DNA of 47,299 nucleotides from Malacoraja senta (Eukaryota): NCBI GenBank assembly GCA_038087875.1, contig CM075998.1, positions 7,194,001 to 7,241,299 of the forward strand, read 5' to 3'. Shown piece by piece: positions 1 to 10,589 of this stretch (position 1 is its first letter; each line of letters starts with the position of its first letter). The notes under the pieces were generated by a model. It saw only the letters and a program-made list of their open reading frames with translations, ran no database searches and was not told where the DNA came from. The position numbers and the translations under genes were made by a program.

Positions 1-599
1 CACAAATTGAGCCTGACAATAAACAACGTTATTGAGTTTAATATTTTAAGCATACACTCACTGCATCACTACTGATAGTGCAATTATGTCCATACTATAT
101 AATGTCTGATACGGCTTTCCATACGTTGTCTTAAAGACGGGAGATGACTAAGCTTATCAAATTAAAGTCCATCCCTATTTAAGATAAATCACCATCAAAT
201 AAAATAATATTCCAGCTTAAATTGTACTTAGGCCTATATAGCATAGTTTATTGCACAAATTCCACAGGGCCTTTATATGCACTTGCTGATACTTGATCCT
301 AACCACGTGTCAGTCATTGTACCTCTCTGCAGGCCATGTGCTCTGGCATGGCATTGCCCCATGGCATTGGATTTAACCTAAATTATCAAGTGAATACTAT
401 AACTGAATCATGGATGATATCCCTGCATTATAATAGCAAACTATAATTATGTAGCAAAGTAAAACAACAGCCGTAAACTGCAAAAACTTCCATCCAATCC
501 GATGTTGATATATTGTTTGGCTGCAGCTAAGGAGAGCTTGTCACCGCATTCAGCAAAATGGCCAAATATATAGAAAGCCAAATAGGACACTCTAACAGT

Positions 600-745
600 T
601 GATACCTACTATTAGCCTCTTGTCGGCCCCGTAGCAGAAGCGTCCATGTCGCGCAGCTGGACACTGGAAGTATCCTGAGCTAATTCTGATACCACCATCA
701 TCTATTGCGACAAGTGATTGCTTCCACTGATTGTCGCCGGAAGCT
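600..745 (-). pseudogene. Possible decayed butyrophilin/B7-like IgC exon remnant
   Basis: The minus strand reads ASGDNQWKQSLVAIDDGGIRISSGYFQCPA, then ATWT in a shifted frame. This resembles the start of BTN IgC domains (..S.V...DGGI.L.C.SSGWFP.P.A.W), but the B-strand Cys is missing and there is no clean acceptor. Judged by eye. Confidence 0.25.
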
Positions 746-926
746 TGCGTCCTTTTCAGGACGGACGATGACAGCGAGGCCAACATTTGTAATAAGATGG
801 ACACGAAAAGGAGAAGCCTCTTGTCCCCCTTTTCTCATTGAAATGGGTTGTTGTGGAAATGGTCGATAAAGTGGTTTAATTTTTTGACATAAGTCACTTT
901 GTATTCACTTTTTGTGGTCCATGAAC

Positions 927-1258
927 CTGTGACTCAGTGAATCAGTGATATTGTTGCATATGGTTAAGTCCAACTATGGGCCTTCTGACACGTGCGGTGT
1001 CAGGCCTGTTCTTACATGTCTCTGTAAATGACACGGAGAGGGTGGTGTAGAAGGGCAGGACCGTTCTGCTTCGTCTAAAATATACTTGGTCTGTGGTCTT
1101 CTATACTTATCTGTGGAGTAGATCTGCTCTACCTTTGATAAAGTGTGACACAGTGGACTACTCTGTTTTTCTCCAGCCCCTGTAACTAGGAGGAATGGCC
1201 ACATTCAGCTCTCTCAAATAACCTTTGTTTGCTGAATTCCTGACGATGGTCAAGGTGC
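927..1258 (-). pseudogene. Decayed IgV exon, B7/butyrophilin-like
   Basis: Acceptor taattttgccAG at 1260-1259 and weak donor CAG|GTTCAT at 927/926 give a 332-nt exon, a typical IgV size. Across frames the pieces fall in V-set order: GTLTIV..GYLRELNVAIPPSY, GWRKTE*STVSHFIKGRADLL, TDKYRRPQTKYILDE, NGPALLH, LSVSFTETCKNR (about DTGKYRC), ..VTG. It has stops and frameshifts and both canonical Cys are lost. Confidence 0.45.
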
Positions 1259-1871
1259 CTGGCAAAATTAACAATTAATGCCAGTAACAATTAATGTCTC
1301 CTAAATTAAAGGACTCCGAGAGACATATCTTTGAGCCGCTATGTTAACAGGATATGTTAACAGTTTATGTTAACAGGATCACGGAACATTCTGTGCGTTT
1401 GATGGAACAGGTTCTCTTGTTAATCTCCTTCCTAAATCGAAGTGAAATATTGCTCACGAATTACATATAGTAATTAATCCCTGTGTTCCATGGAGCGAAC
1501 ACGGCGCTCATGGTGAGTTGACAGGACAACTAAGTCTGCTGACGCCAAGAACATTTGTTCGATCAGTGACACTTGGTGTCAATGGGGAAAATAAATAGTA
1601 TGATATTTAAATGCATATTTTGTTACTGTCGTCACAATAAAACTGAAATTAAACCAGTATGAATAAGGCATAATTTGCTTCAGGTAAGGTCTATGATAAA
1701 CTGCCCTGTGTGTACTTTGTCTCTCATGGTGAATACACGCGTTTTGGTGAGTTCTGATTCACATCTTCCTTCTGATACACATGCAGTGACAGATCTTCTT
1801 TTGTGGCAGTTTTAGAGACGATGTGAGATAGATTCGATTATCTTTAATGCTGGCCTGCATACTGTTGGCAA

Positions 1872-3808
1872 CATATAACCATAACAGCACGGAAACAGGC
1901 CATCTCGGCCCTTCAAGTCCGTGCCGAACATTTTTTTTAAATTTATTTTTTAAATTAAAAATAAATACTTACCCCTAGTCCCATCTACCTGCACTCAGAC
2001 CATAACCCTCCATTCCTTTCCCGTCCATATACCCATCCAATCTATTTTTAAAGGATAACATCGAACCTGCCTCCACCACTTCCACTGGAAGCTCATTCCA
2101 CACAGCTACCACTCTCTGAGTAAAGAAGTTCCCCCTAATGTTCCCCCTAAACTTCTGTCCCTTAATTCTCAAGTCATGTCCCCTTGTTTGAATCTTCCCT
2201 ACTCTCAATGGGAAACGCTTATCCACGTCCACTCTGTCTAACCCGCTCATAATTTTAAAGACCTCTATCAAGTCCCCTCTTAACCTTCTGCGCTCCAAAG
2301 AATAAAGACCTAACTTGTTCAACCTTTCTCTGTAACTTAGTTGCTGAAACCCAGGCAACATTCTAGTAAATCTCCTCTGTACTCTCTCTATTTTGTTGAC
2401 ATCCTTCCTATAATTAGGCGACCAAAATTGTACTCCATACTCCAGAATTGGCCTCACCAATGCCTTGTACAATTTTAACATTACATCCCAACTTCTATAT
2501 TCAATGCTCTGATTTATAAAGGCCAGCCCACCAAAAGCTTTCTTTACCACCCTATCTACATGAGATTCCACCTTCAGGGAACTATGCACAGTTATTCCTA
2601 GATCCCTCTGTTCAACTGCATTCCTCAATTCGCTACCATTTACCGTGTACGTCCTATTTTGATTTGTCCTGCCGAGATGTAGCACCTCACATTTGTCAGC
2701 GTTAAACTCCATCTGCAATCTTTCAGCCCACTCTTCCAAATGGCCTAAATCTCTCTGTAGACTTTGAAAATCTACTTCATTATCCACAACACCACCTATC
2801 TTAGTATCATCTGCATACTTACTAATCCAATTTTCCACACCATCATCCAGATCATTGATGTACATGACAAACAACAGTGGACCCAACACAGACCCCTGAG
2901 GCACCCCACTAGTCACCGGCCTCCAACCTGACAAACAGCCATCCACCATTACTCTCTGGCATCTCCCATTCAGCCACTGTTGAATGCATCTTGCTACTCC
3001 ACCATTAATACCCAACAATTGATTCTTCTTAACCAACCTTCCATGAGGAACCTTGTCAAAGGCCTTACTGAAGTCCATATAGACAACATCCACTGCTTTA
3101 CCCTCATCAATTTCCCTAGTAACCTCTTCGAAAAATTCAATAAAGATTAGTCAAGCATGACCTTCCAGGCACAAATCCATGTTGACTGTTCCTAATCAGA
3201 CCCTGCTTATCCAGATGCTTATATATATTATCTTTAAGTATCCTTTCCATTAATTTGCCCACCACTGACGTCAAACTAACAGGTCTATAATTGCTAGGTT
3301 TACTCTTCGAACCCTTTTTAAACAACGGAACAACATGCGCAGTATGCCAATCCTCCGGCACTATTCCCGTTTCTAATGACATTTGGAATATTTCTGTCAT
3401 AGCCCCTGCTATTTCTACACTAACTTCCCTCAATGTCCTAGGGAATATCCTGTCAGGACCTGGAGACTTATCCGTTTTCATATTTTTCAAAAGTGTCCGC
3501 ACCTCCTCTTCTTTGAATCTCACAGTTTCCATTGCTACTCTGCTTGTTTCCCTTACCTCACATAATTCCATATCCTTCTCCTTCATGAATACCGAAGAAA
3601 AGAAATTGTTCAATATCTCCCCCATCTCTTTTGGCTCTGCAGATAGCTGTCCACTCTGACTCTCTAATGGACCAATTTTATTCCTTGTTATCCGTTTGCT
3701 ATTAATATAGCTGTAGAAACCCTTTGGATTTACTTTCACCTTAGTTGCCAAAGCAACCTCATATCTTCTTTTACCTTTTCTAATTTATTTCTTAATATTC
3801 TTTTTACA
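1872..3808 (-). mobile_element. CR1-clade LINE, 5'-truncated (copy A), ORF2 RT and C-terminus
   Basis: ORFs 3137-3751 and 1975-3093 carry KSPGPD, NYRPVSLTS, DFSKAFD, GVPQGSVLGP and YADD. There is a +1 frameshift near 3140 and an in-frame TAA at 3785-3787. The 3' UTR and GGTTATAT-type tail end at about 1872. Closely similar to copy B (24137-32562). Confidence 0.95.
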
Positions 3809-4140
3809 GTTAGCTCGAACTTTGTTTTAGTAGCACAGCATGAGACCCACAAGTTTGTTACAAAAACAGTTTGATCTCCTCCAGACCAGTCAGCTGGAGA
3901 TGGACCCACAGTCCCGTTATGTCATTCTGGCCATAACAAACATCAGAATGATCCATTGAGCAACACAACGGACTCAGACAAGTGCCAGGTTCAACCCCGT
4001 CTCCTAACACACGCCTAACATCAACGGGCCAATTACGAGAACACACGACACCGCATCCCAGCATACATAGAGCAGCACCTCATGCAAGATTCCACACTTC
4101 CTTCTCCGCGTCCCATCCTGACCAAGGAACACCGCAGAAG

Positions 4141-4225
4141 ATGCTCATCACGCTTTTCATCGCTTTTGGAATATTGCTTATGTCTCAGCCGTTTGTGGAA
4201 GGAGGGGTGTATTCTTTCACTGATG
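4141..4225 (+). CDS. Beta-defensin precursor, coding exon 1 (signal peptide plus first residues, phase-1 intron)
   Basis: The ATG has A at -3 (cagaagATG) and encodes MLITLFIAFGILLMSQPFVEG-GVYSFTD+G: a hydrophobic core with a V-E-G cleavage site. Donor ATG|GTAGGT at 4225/4226. It lies in unique, non-repeat DNA and splices in frame to the exon at 10344. Confidence 0.8.
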
Positions 4226-6049
4226 GTAGGTATATGTACATCTATTCCCATATCCCTCAGCTGACAGCATTGGCAGGGAGTTGATTTAAAACCGATCTCT
4301 TCTCCGGGAGCGGAATTATCTTCAAGGTCTGAACAACGTTGTGATGGGATTGTCAGAGGGTTATTAAACGAACCATCAGACCATAATATCATAAGACATA
4401 AGAGCCGCCTTAGGCCATTCTGCCCATCGAGTCTACTACACAATTCAACCATGGCGGATCTATTTTCCCTCTCAATCCCATTCTCCTGCCTTCTCTGCAT
4501 AGTGTTTGACGCCCTTCCGAAACAGGACCATATCAATCTCCAGCTTGAACATATCCAATGTCTTGCAATAAATTCCACAGACTCACAACCCTCTGTCTAA
4601 AGAAATTCCTCTTCATTGTCATTTAAAATGGACATAACTATATTCCAAGGCCGTGCGCTTTGGTTTCAGACGCTCCCTTTACTGGAAACATCATTACCAA
4701 GTCCACTCTATCCAGTCATTATATTATCCGAGCGGTTTCAATGAGCTCCCCCCTCTCATTCTTCTATGCTCCAGCGAGTACAGGCACAGAGTCTTCAAAT
4801 GCTCTTCATACGATAACCCAATCAACCCTGGGATCATTGTTCGCAATATTCCAAATGTGGCCTCACCAGTGCCTCACATTACATCTGTGCTTTTCGATTG
4901 TAGTCCCATCGAAATTAATGGTGGCATTTCATTGCCCTTACTTATCGCTGTTTCAACCTGCAAATTAATATGTTGGGAATCCACCACCAATTCTGCCAAA
5001 TCCCTTTGCACCTCGGATTTCTGAATCCTATTCGAAAAGAAGTCGAAGAGTTTATTTATTCTACCAAAGTGAATAATCGCACATGTTGCGACGCTATGTC
5101 CCATTGTCACTTCCCCGCCCACTCTCTATCCGAGTCCATTTGCAGCCTCCCTGCTTCCTCCGCAACACCTGTCCCTGCACCTATCTTAATGTCATCCGCA
5201 AACGGCCACAAAGCCTTCAAGTCTCCCATCGAATTCATTAACATATACCTTGAAAACTAGCGGATCCAACACTGACTCCTGCAGCACACGTCACGGGCAG
5301 CCAACTAGAAAATGCCGCTGCCACTCAACCTATCTTTTTTCCGTGCTCGTAAATTGCCTCTGGTGCAGTGGGGGTCCTATCATGTTTAGCAGTCTCACGT
5401 GTGGCACCTTGGCAAAGACCTTCTGAAAATCCATATAAGCAACAACCACTAACTCTCATTTGTCTTTCCTTGTTACCTCATCAAATAACTCCGACAGATT
5501 TGTCAGGCAAGGTCTCCCCTTCCCAAAACGAAGATGACTTCGGCTTATTTTATCATGCACTTCTAAGTACTTGGAAACCTCATCCTTAATAATGGAATCT
5601 AAAACGTTACCAACCGCAAAACTCAGACGAACTAGATTATATTTTTATTTCGTTTGCATCGTTAATTTCTAAACAGTAGAGGCATATTTGGGATTTGGCA
5701 ATCCTCTGGAACCATTCCTGAATGTAGTGTTGCTTGAAAGACGACCACTAATGCCGCTACAATTTCTACACCTACAATTTCAGAAGCCCAGATTACCGTC
5801 AATCAGGTCCATGTGACGTATCCACCTTCAGACCTTTCAGCATCCAAAGTACCACCTCCTCAGTAATATCGACTGCACTCACTTCTGCCCCCCAACCCGC
5901 CCCCCCCCCCCCCCGACTCACTTGAAATGCATGCTGGCACGTTGCTGGTTTCTTTCACATGAAGATTGACATACTAAAAACACTTACCTAACAATGTACC
6001 ATTCTATATTTCCATGACCATCGTCCGGTTTGATCGGCGTTTTGTGAAA

Positions 6050-6291
6050 GAAGGAACTGCAGATGCTGGTTTAAACCGAAGATAGACACAAAAAAGCTGG
6101 AGTAACTCAGCGGGACAGGCAGCATCTCTGGATAGAAGGAATGGGTGACGTTTCAGGTCGAGACCCTTCTTCAGACAGAGTCTGACCCGAAACGTCACCC
6201 ATTCCTCTCTCCAGAGACGCTGCCTGTCCCGCTGAGTTACTCCAGCTTTTTGTGTTTATCTTCGGTGTAAACCAGAAACTGCAGTTCCTTC
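6050..6291. repeat. Fold-back element made of two inverted Penelope-like termini (about 120-bp arms)
   Basis: GAAGGAACTGCAGATGCTGG...CCCTTCTTCAGAC followed by its near reverse complement ending CTGCAGTTCCTTC. The right arm lacks the agaagggtctcga segment. Confidence 0.85.
6147..6174 (-). ncRNA. Minimal hammerhead-ribozyme core (Penelope-associated), one stem II mismatch
   Basis: Minus strand reads CTGAAGA-AGGGTC-TC-GACCT-GAAA-CGTC. Confidence 0.55.
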
Positions 6292-7769
6292 CTGTACAAT
6301 AAGCCTAGCCCGTTCATTCGCCGTTTCTTTGTTCCCCATTACTACTTGTCCATTGTAAGTTTCTAGAGGTCCAATGTCCAATATTACCGCTCTTTGTTTA
6401 TTAGTAAAGGTTTTTGCTATCCTCTTTTAAATTATTATCTGGCTTACCTTCACAATTCATCTTTTCTCCCTTATTACGTTTTCAGTCACCTTCCGTTGGC
6501 TTCTAAAAGCTGCGTAATCCTCCAGCTTCCCACTAATCTTCCCCAAGTCAAATGCCTTTCCTTTGCTTTTGTGTTATATTTGACGTTCTTTGGCAGCTCA
6601 GATGATAGTTCATGTAATCCTGCATCGTATTGTCTCGACCGTGCCTCATGGAATTAGCCTCAATGTCTGTGGTGGAGGCGGTATTCAGGATCCGCTCGGT
6701 CTACGTGAGAAGTATAACGAATTAGGACATATTCAGGACCAGCAGAATCTTTTCCCCGAAATACACCGTACACCATCGCAAATGATCAGTGACGACCTGT
6801 TCTGTGGTCTGTGATGGGAAACATGCCGCATCTTAAGATAATCGATTGTGGAGGGATAGGAAGTAACATGGTTGAACCTAGATGCTTGTGAAAAGCTAAC
6901 AGATGTGCGCATGTAAGAACACAGTGAGGAAAATCGAAAAGGTCAAATAAGCCATGTGAACATGTCGTTAACATGTCCTTACATGTCGTTTAATTGTAGA
7001 CTTCGTTTATTTTCTTATTTCAAAGTCCCAGCGCAGAACGAAGAAATAGACATGTAGTCCAAGTTTCATTGAAAATGACACACAGCAGGGCGTTGGAGAA
7101 ACCAGTGTCCCGTGTTCCATATATTATTTGAGGACGGTACCACGTGCACAGCGGCAATTCACTGTAACGGCCACAGTGACGAAGGAAGGAAATTACGTCG
7201 ACAGATACGAACATTTGATAGGAAAATTCCTTTGCTAGTCGAGAAGTCACAGAAGCTGAGAGGACGGTGTTAAAAATCAGGAATAAATTTTCGAATAGTA
7301 AATTAAGCCTCTTATCCCACTACACCCAATAAAGAAATGTATTTCTATGTCAATAATTTCGGTAATTGGGTGGACCCACATTGGCTAAATAACCAAAATG
7401 TTTCTGTCCGAGTCGCGAGCCCCCTGTAAAATATTTTCCAACCTTCTTATTCCTTACTCTTAACGTAAAAAAATCATTAGCGTTCCCAAGCATTTTCTGG
7501 CCTGCGGGGCGACTGCCTTTGTCTTATGTTTCGCCTCGCCCTCTGTTATGGTTCCCTATTCCTCTTGAACAACTGAAGAAATTTACCCTTCCTCATTTTT
7601 CACACCGTTCGCTCTTGTTGAGCCCGACCACTTTTTATGCCTGTTTCAACACAAGAAAAGGCTCACGATACGTATGCCGAAGAGGAAGTCACATTAAACT
7701 AAACTGTTCTGCCCGAACGAGGGCCATATTCCTCCATTCCATGCATTGACATGTGCCCAACCGATACCA

Positions 7770-8056
7770 CTGCTTCTCTTGACAGTGTGTTGCAGGGACT
7801 CATATATTGCTGTGGATTGAAAAACGTGGTCCGTACGTTTTTAGTTACTCCCACTCTCACTCGATCTACCCTCTCTATGCTTCTCATCATTTTATATATG
7901 TGGTGGATGTTTATGTTCAATTTGATTTTATGTGGCTGTTTTTCACTTAGTATGGCTGCATGGCAACTCAAATATCACTGTACCTTAATTGGTGCATGTG
8001 ACAATAAGCGCGAACGTGAACGTGAACTTGAACTTGAAGTCGAACTCGAACTTGAA
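7770..8056 (+). mobile_element. 3' fragment of a non-LTR retroelement with a (TGAACT)n-type tail
   Basis: ..ggtgcatgtgacaataag followed by degenerate gaacgt/gaactt hexamers. The same 3' end occurs reversed at 11215-11300 on a Rex1-like copy. Confidence 0.6.
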
Positions 8057-8402
8057 ACCAAACCAAATTTTCCACGTATCAACTTCTCCATATAACCAAC
8101 ATACACCAATCCTGATAGTATTGTGTTTAATATCTTCTGAACACTCTCCAATGTCACCATATGCTTCTAGCGACGTGGAGACTAGAAATGCACATAATGT
8201 TCCAAGTGCGTTCGACCCAAATTAGCTTACACTGAATACCAACGAGTGATGGAGCCAAACATAGCTTACGCCTTCGTTATTGCTTTATAACCGTTTTGCT
8301 ACTTCTAAGGAGCTCCGTAGTTGGACCCCAATATGTGTAAATCAGCTCTATTAACCCTAAAGTTTAACCTCCCAAGATGCAACACATCTCACTTGCGGGA
8401 TT

Positions 8403-8631
8403 GTTTAAGAATGAACCACAGCCACGTTTGCTTTCTCGGGACTTGCCTGCGCCTCCATCTTGTACCTCATGGTTTCCAGCTCCAGTTCCCTGCCTCCCAG
8501 TATCTCCGCCTCGTCCTTTCTTCTCCCCCCCCCCCCACATCAGTCTGAAGAAGGGTCTCGACCCCGAAACGTCGCCTGTTTCCTTCGCTTCATAGATGCT
8601 GCCTCATCCGCTGAGTTTCTCCAGCATTTTG
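8403..8631 (+). mobile_element. Short Penelope-terminus insertion with a 16-bp TSD
   Basis: TCTCACTTGCGGGATT is duplicated at 8387-8402 and 8632-8647. The insert contains a pyrimidine-rich stretch and the conserved terminus. Confidence 0.8.
8545..8573 (+). ncRNA. Minimal hammerhead-ribozyme core
   Basis: CTGAAGA-AGGGTC-TC-GACCCC-GAAA-CGTC: CUGANGA box, stem II, GAAA box and GUC triplet. Confidence 0.6.
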
Positions 8632-8860
8632 TCTCACTTGCGGGATTAATCTCCATCTTCCATTTCCATGGACATATTAGGAACTAATCTATGTCCTGTT
8701 CTATACGTGTGCATCCTTTTTCTCAATCCGCAAGCAACTCTATTACTATTTCCAGCATTTCTTCCCTTTGCAGAATATTGTGCTCCCCACATCATTTGTT
8801 CAGTTAGAAAAGAGACTGCACTATCCTGATTGTTTCGTTCATTGTCCTAAATTGTAAATA

Positions 8861-9095
8861 GTCAAGTCAAGTCAAGTCACATTTATTTATATAGCACATT
8901 TAAAAAACAACTCTCGTTGGCCAAAGTGCTTTACATTTGTTATAAGAATAGTATAAACAAACAAACTACATACATATATACATATAGCCCTCGCTCAGAG
9001 GACGTCAAGAAAGTCTTGGGAGTGTAGATACGTTTTTCGTCTTGACTTAAAGGAGTCATTGGAGGGGGCAGTTCTGATGGGAAGAGGGATTTATT
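8861..9095 (-). mobile_element. L2-like LINE 3' end with a (TTGAC)n tail
   Basis: gtcaagtcaagtcaagtcac atttatttatatagcacattta...ccaaagtgctttaca is the reverse complement of the typical L2 3' terminus (tgtaaagcactttg..gtgctatataaataaat). Confidence 0.7.
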
Positions 9096-9268
9096 CCATT
9101 AGCACATTCCCAATCTGAACACACACATTTGTTCCCAGTGACCATTGCACTTGGTTACGCGATTCATTTCCCTACATATATGGAGTATTTTTCGTACTTA
9201 AAACAATTACCTAATGCAATTAACTAATACCAATCATTCCGTTGGTGCGCAATGAAATGCAAGTGATA

Positions 9269-9991
9269 TAAGTCCGGAAGTGGTGGCGCTGCCTTAGCAG
9301 CTGCGGCTCGCCTGCAGTCCGTCAGTTTTTTTTCTTTTTGTTGTTGTTCTTTTGTCCTGTTTTAGTTAATTTTGGTTTATTAGGTTGTGTATGTGTGTGG
9401 GTGGGGGGGAGAAACATGTTTTTTTGGTCTCTTTCTTCGGGGGGGGTGCGACTTTTCTTGTCGTATCCCCCGTCTCCGTCTCCGTCTCCGTCTGCGCCGA
9501 GGCCTAATGGCGGAGCTGGCGGCCTCGGAGCTGTGGCAGCGTTCCGGCGTTGCGGCAGCGGTGACCCGACCTCGGAGGCACGGCCGCGGGCCCTGTGGAC
9601 GATATCGTCGGGAGCTCGCAGGTCATAGGTTGGTGACCTGTTCTCCAGAGCTCCCGCAACAACAGCTTCATCCGCTGGACTGGAGGGCGGCAGCTTCGGC
9701 AGCTTCGACCGCCCCGGGTCGCGGAGTTTGAACCGGCCCGTTCGCGGAGCTCGGATTCAGCCGCGGGACTGACTTGCCATCACCCGGCGGGGTCACAACA
9801 TCAGAAGCCTGGATCGCCTCGGCGCAGAGGGAGAACAAGGAGGGAAGAGACAAAGACTTAAGACTTTTGCCTTCCATCACAGTGAGGAGGTGCCTGGTGA
9901 ACTCACTGTGGTGGATGTTAAATTTGCGTTTTGTGAAATTTCGTTCAGACCGAAAGGTCTGAATGACAATAAAGGATACTTTGACTTTGAC
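9269..9991 (+). mobile_element. GC/CpG-rich non-autonomous retroposon with AATAAA and a (TTTGAC)n tail
   Basis: Starts ..TCCGGAAGTGGTGGCGCTG and ends gacAATAAAggatactttgactttgac. Possible TSD TGATA at 9264-9268 and 9992-9996. No coding motifs seen. Confidence 0.6.
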
Positions 9992-10343
9992 TGATAACAT
10001 TACACACACTCCTTAACTGAAGATGGTTGCTGATCCTAAATTTCGTTTGTTCATGTCCTCCGTCGATGCTGCATGACCCATAGAAGTTCTCCAGCACTTT
10101 GAGTTCTGCTCAAGCACTCGTTATCCGCTCACACCATCCCCCACCAACCCACCCCCCCCCAACGCCTCTATTCAATGACCAAAGACACACACACACACAC
10201 ACGCACACACGCACACACGCACACACACATAGTAATCGGCCATTCGACCCTCGGAACTTTGTCGGAATAGTTTTAATTTCCTCCCTTATATCCGTGTCTA
10301 AGATCGTCGCTAATTCATTTAACACGTTATTATTTGTATCCAG

Positions 10344-10456
10344 AGGAAGTATGCAAACACCAACTAGGGACCTGTCGACTCGTCTGCGCTGCCGGGGAGA
10401 TGAAGATTGATACCTGCTTGCAAAGGAAATCATGTTGCGCGCCCCCACGTGGATAA
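10344..10456 (+). CDS. Beta-defensin precursor, coding exon 2 (mature six-cysteine domain)
   Basis: Acceptor ttattatttgtatcCAG (10341-10343) with a branch-like CTAAT at 10310. The phase-1 frame gives (E)EVCKHQLGTCRLVCAAGEMKIDTCLQRKSCCAPPRG*, i.e. C-X6-C-X3-C-X9-C-X5-CC, the canonical beta-defensin spacing, with GxC at Cys2 and the conserved E in the X9 loop. TAA at 10454-10456 is followed by TGA. Confidence 0.9.
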
Positions 10457-10522
10457 TGAAAGGATATATCTTCCGCAGCATCCGTTTTCCATGTTTATGT
10501 CTGGTAACATCGGATCTTTGAC

Positions 10523-10557
10523 AATAAACTGTTGGAACATCTGTACCAATAAATAAA
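10523..10557 (+). terminator. Polyadenylation signals of the beta-defensin gene
   Basis: AATAAA at 10523-10528 and overlapping AATAAATAAA at 10548-10557, about 70-100 nt after the stop. Confidence 0.7.
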
Positions 10558-10589
10558 GGAGATCAATGATCGCATTCTCATGTTCTTTA

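Larger units (their letters stand above)
4383..6590 (-). mobile_element. Old decayed CR1-clade LINE fragments (inside the defensin intron), interrupted by a hairpin element
   Basis: CR1-type 3' end at about 4383-4500. Minus-strand remnants of ..IHFGR..RIQKSEVQRDL.. and RT motifs, with many stops and indels. Confidence 0.75.

Noticed and set aside
760..887. Plus-strand acceptor followed by ..ICNKMD../..SCPPFLIEMGCCGNGR*SG, loosely defensin-spaced
   Set aside because: It needs two frameshifts and three lost Cys, and falls in the presumed short intron of the minus-strand Ig remnant; chance is as likely.
1340..1378. Three copies of TATGTTAACAG
   Set aside because: A small slippage duplication with no sign of function.
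4029..4075. CCAAT and TACATAGA as the defensin core promoter
   Set aside because: Plausibly placed but too degenerate to support without TSS data.
3982..4284. 100-aa ORF with an internal hydrophobic stretch
   Set aside because: Non-ATG start; it is the defensin signal exon read through into 5' flank and intron.
10099..10481. ORFs 10099-10410 (+) and 10110-10481 (-)
   Set aside because: They include a CA microsatellite and overlap the defensin exon in the wrong frame or strand.
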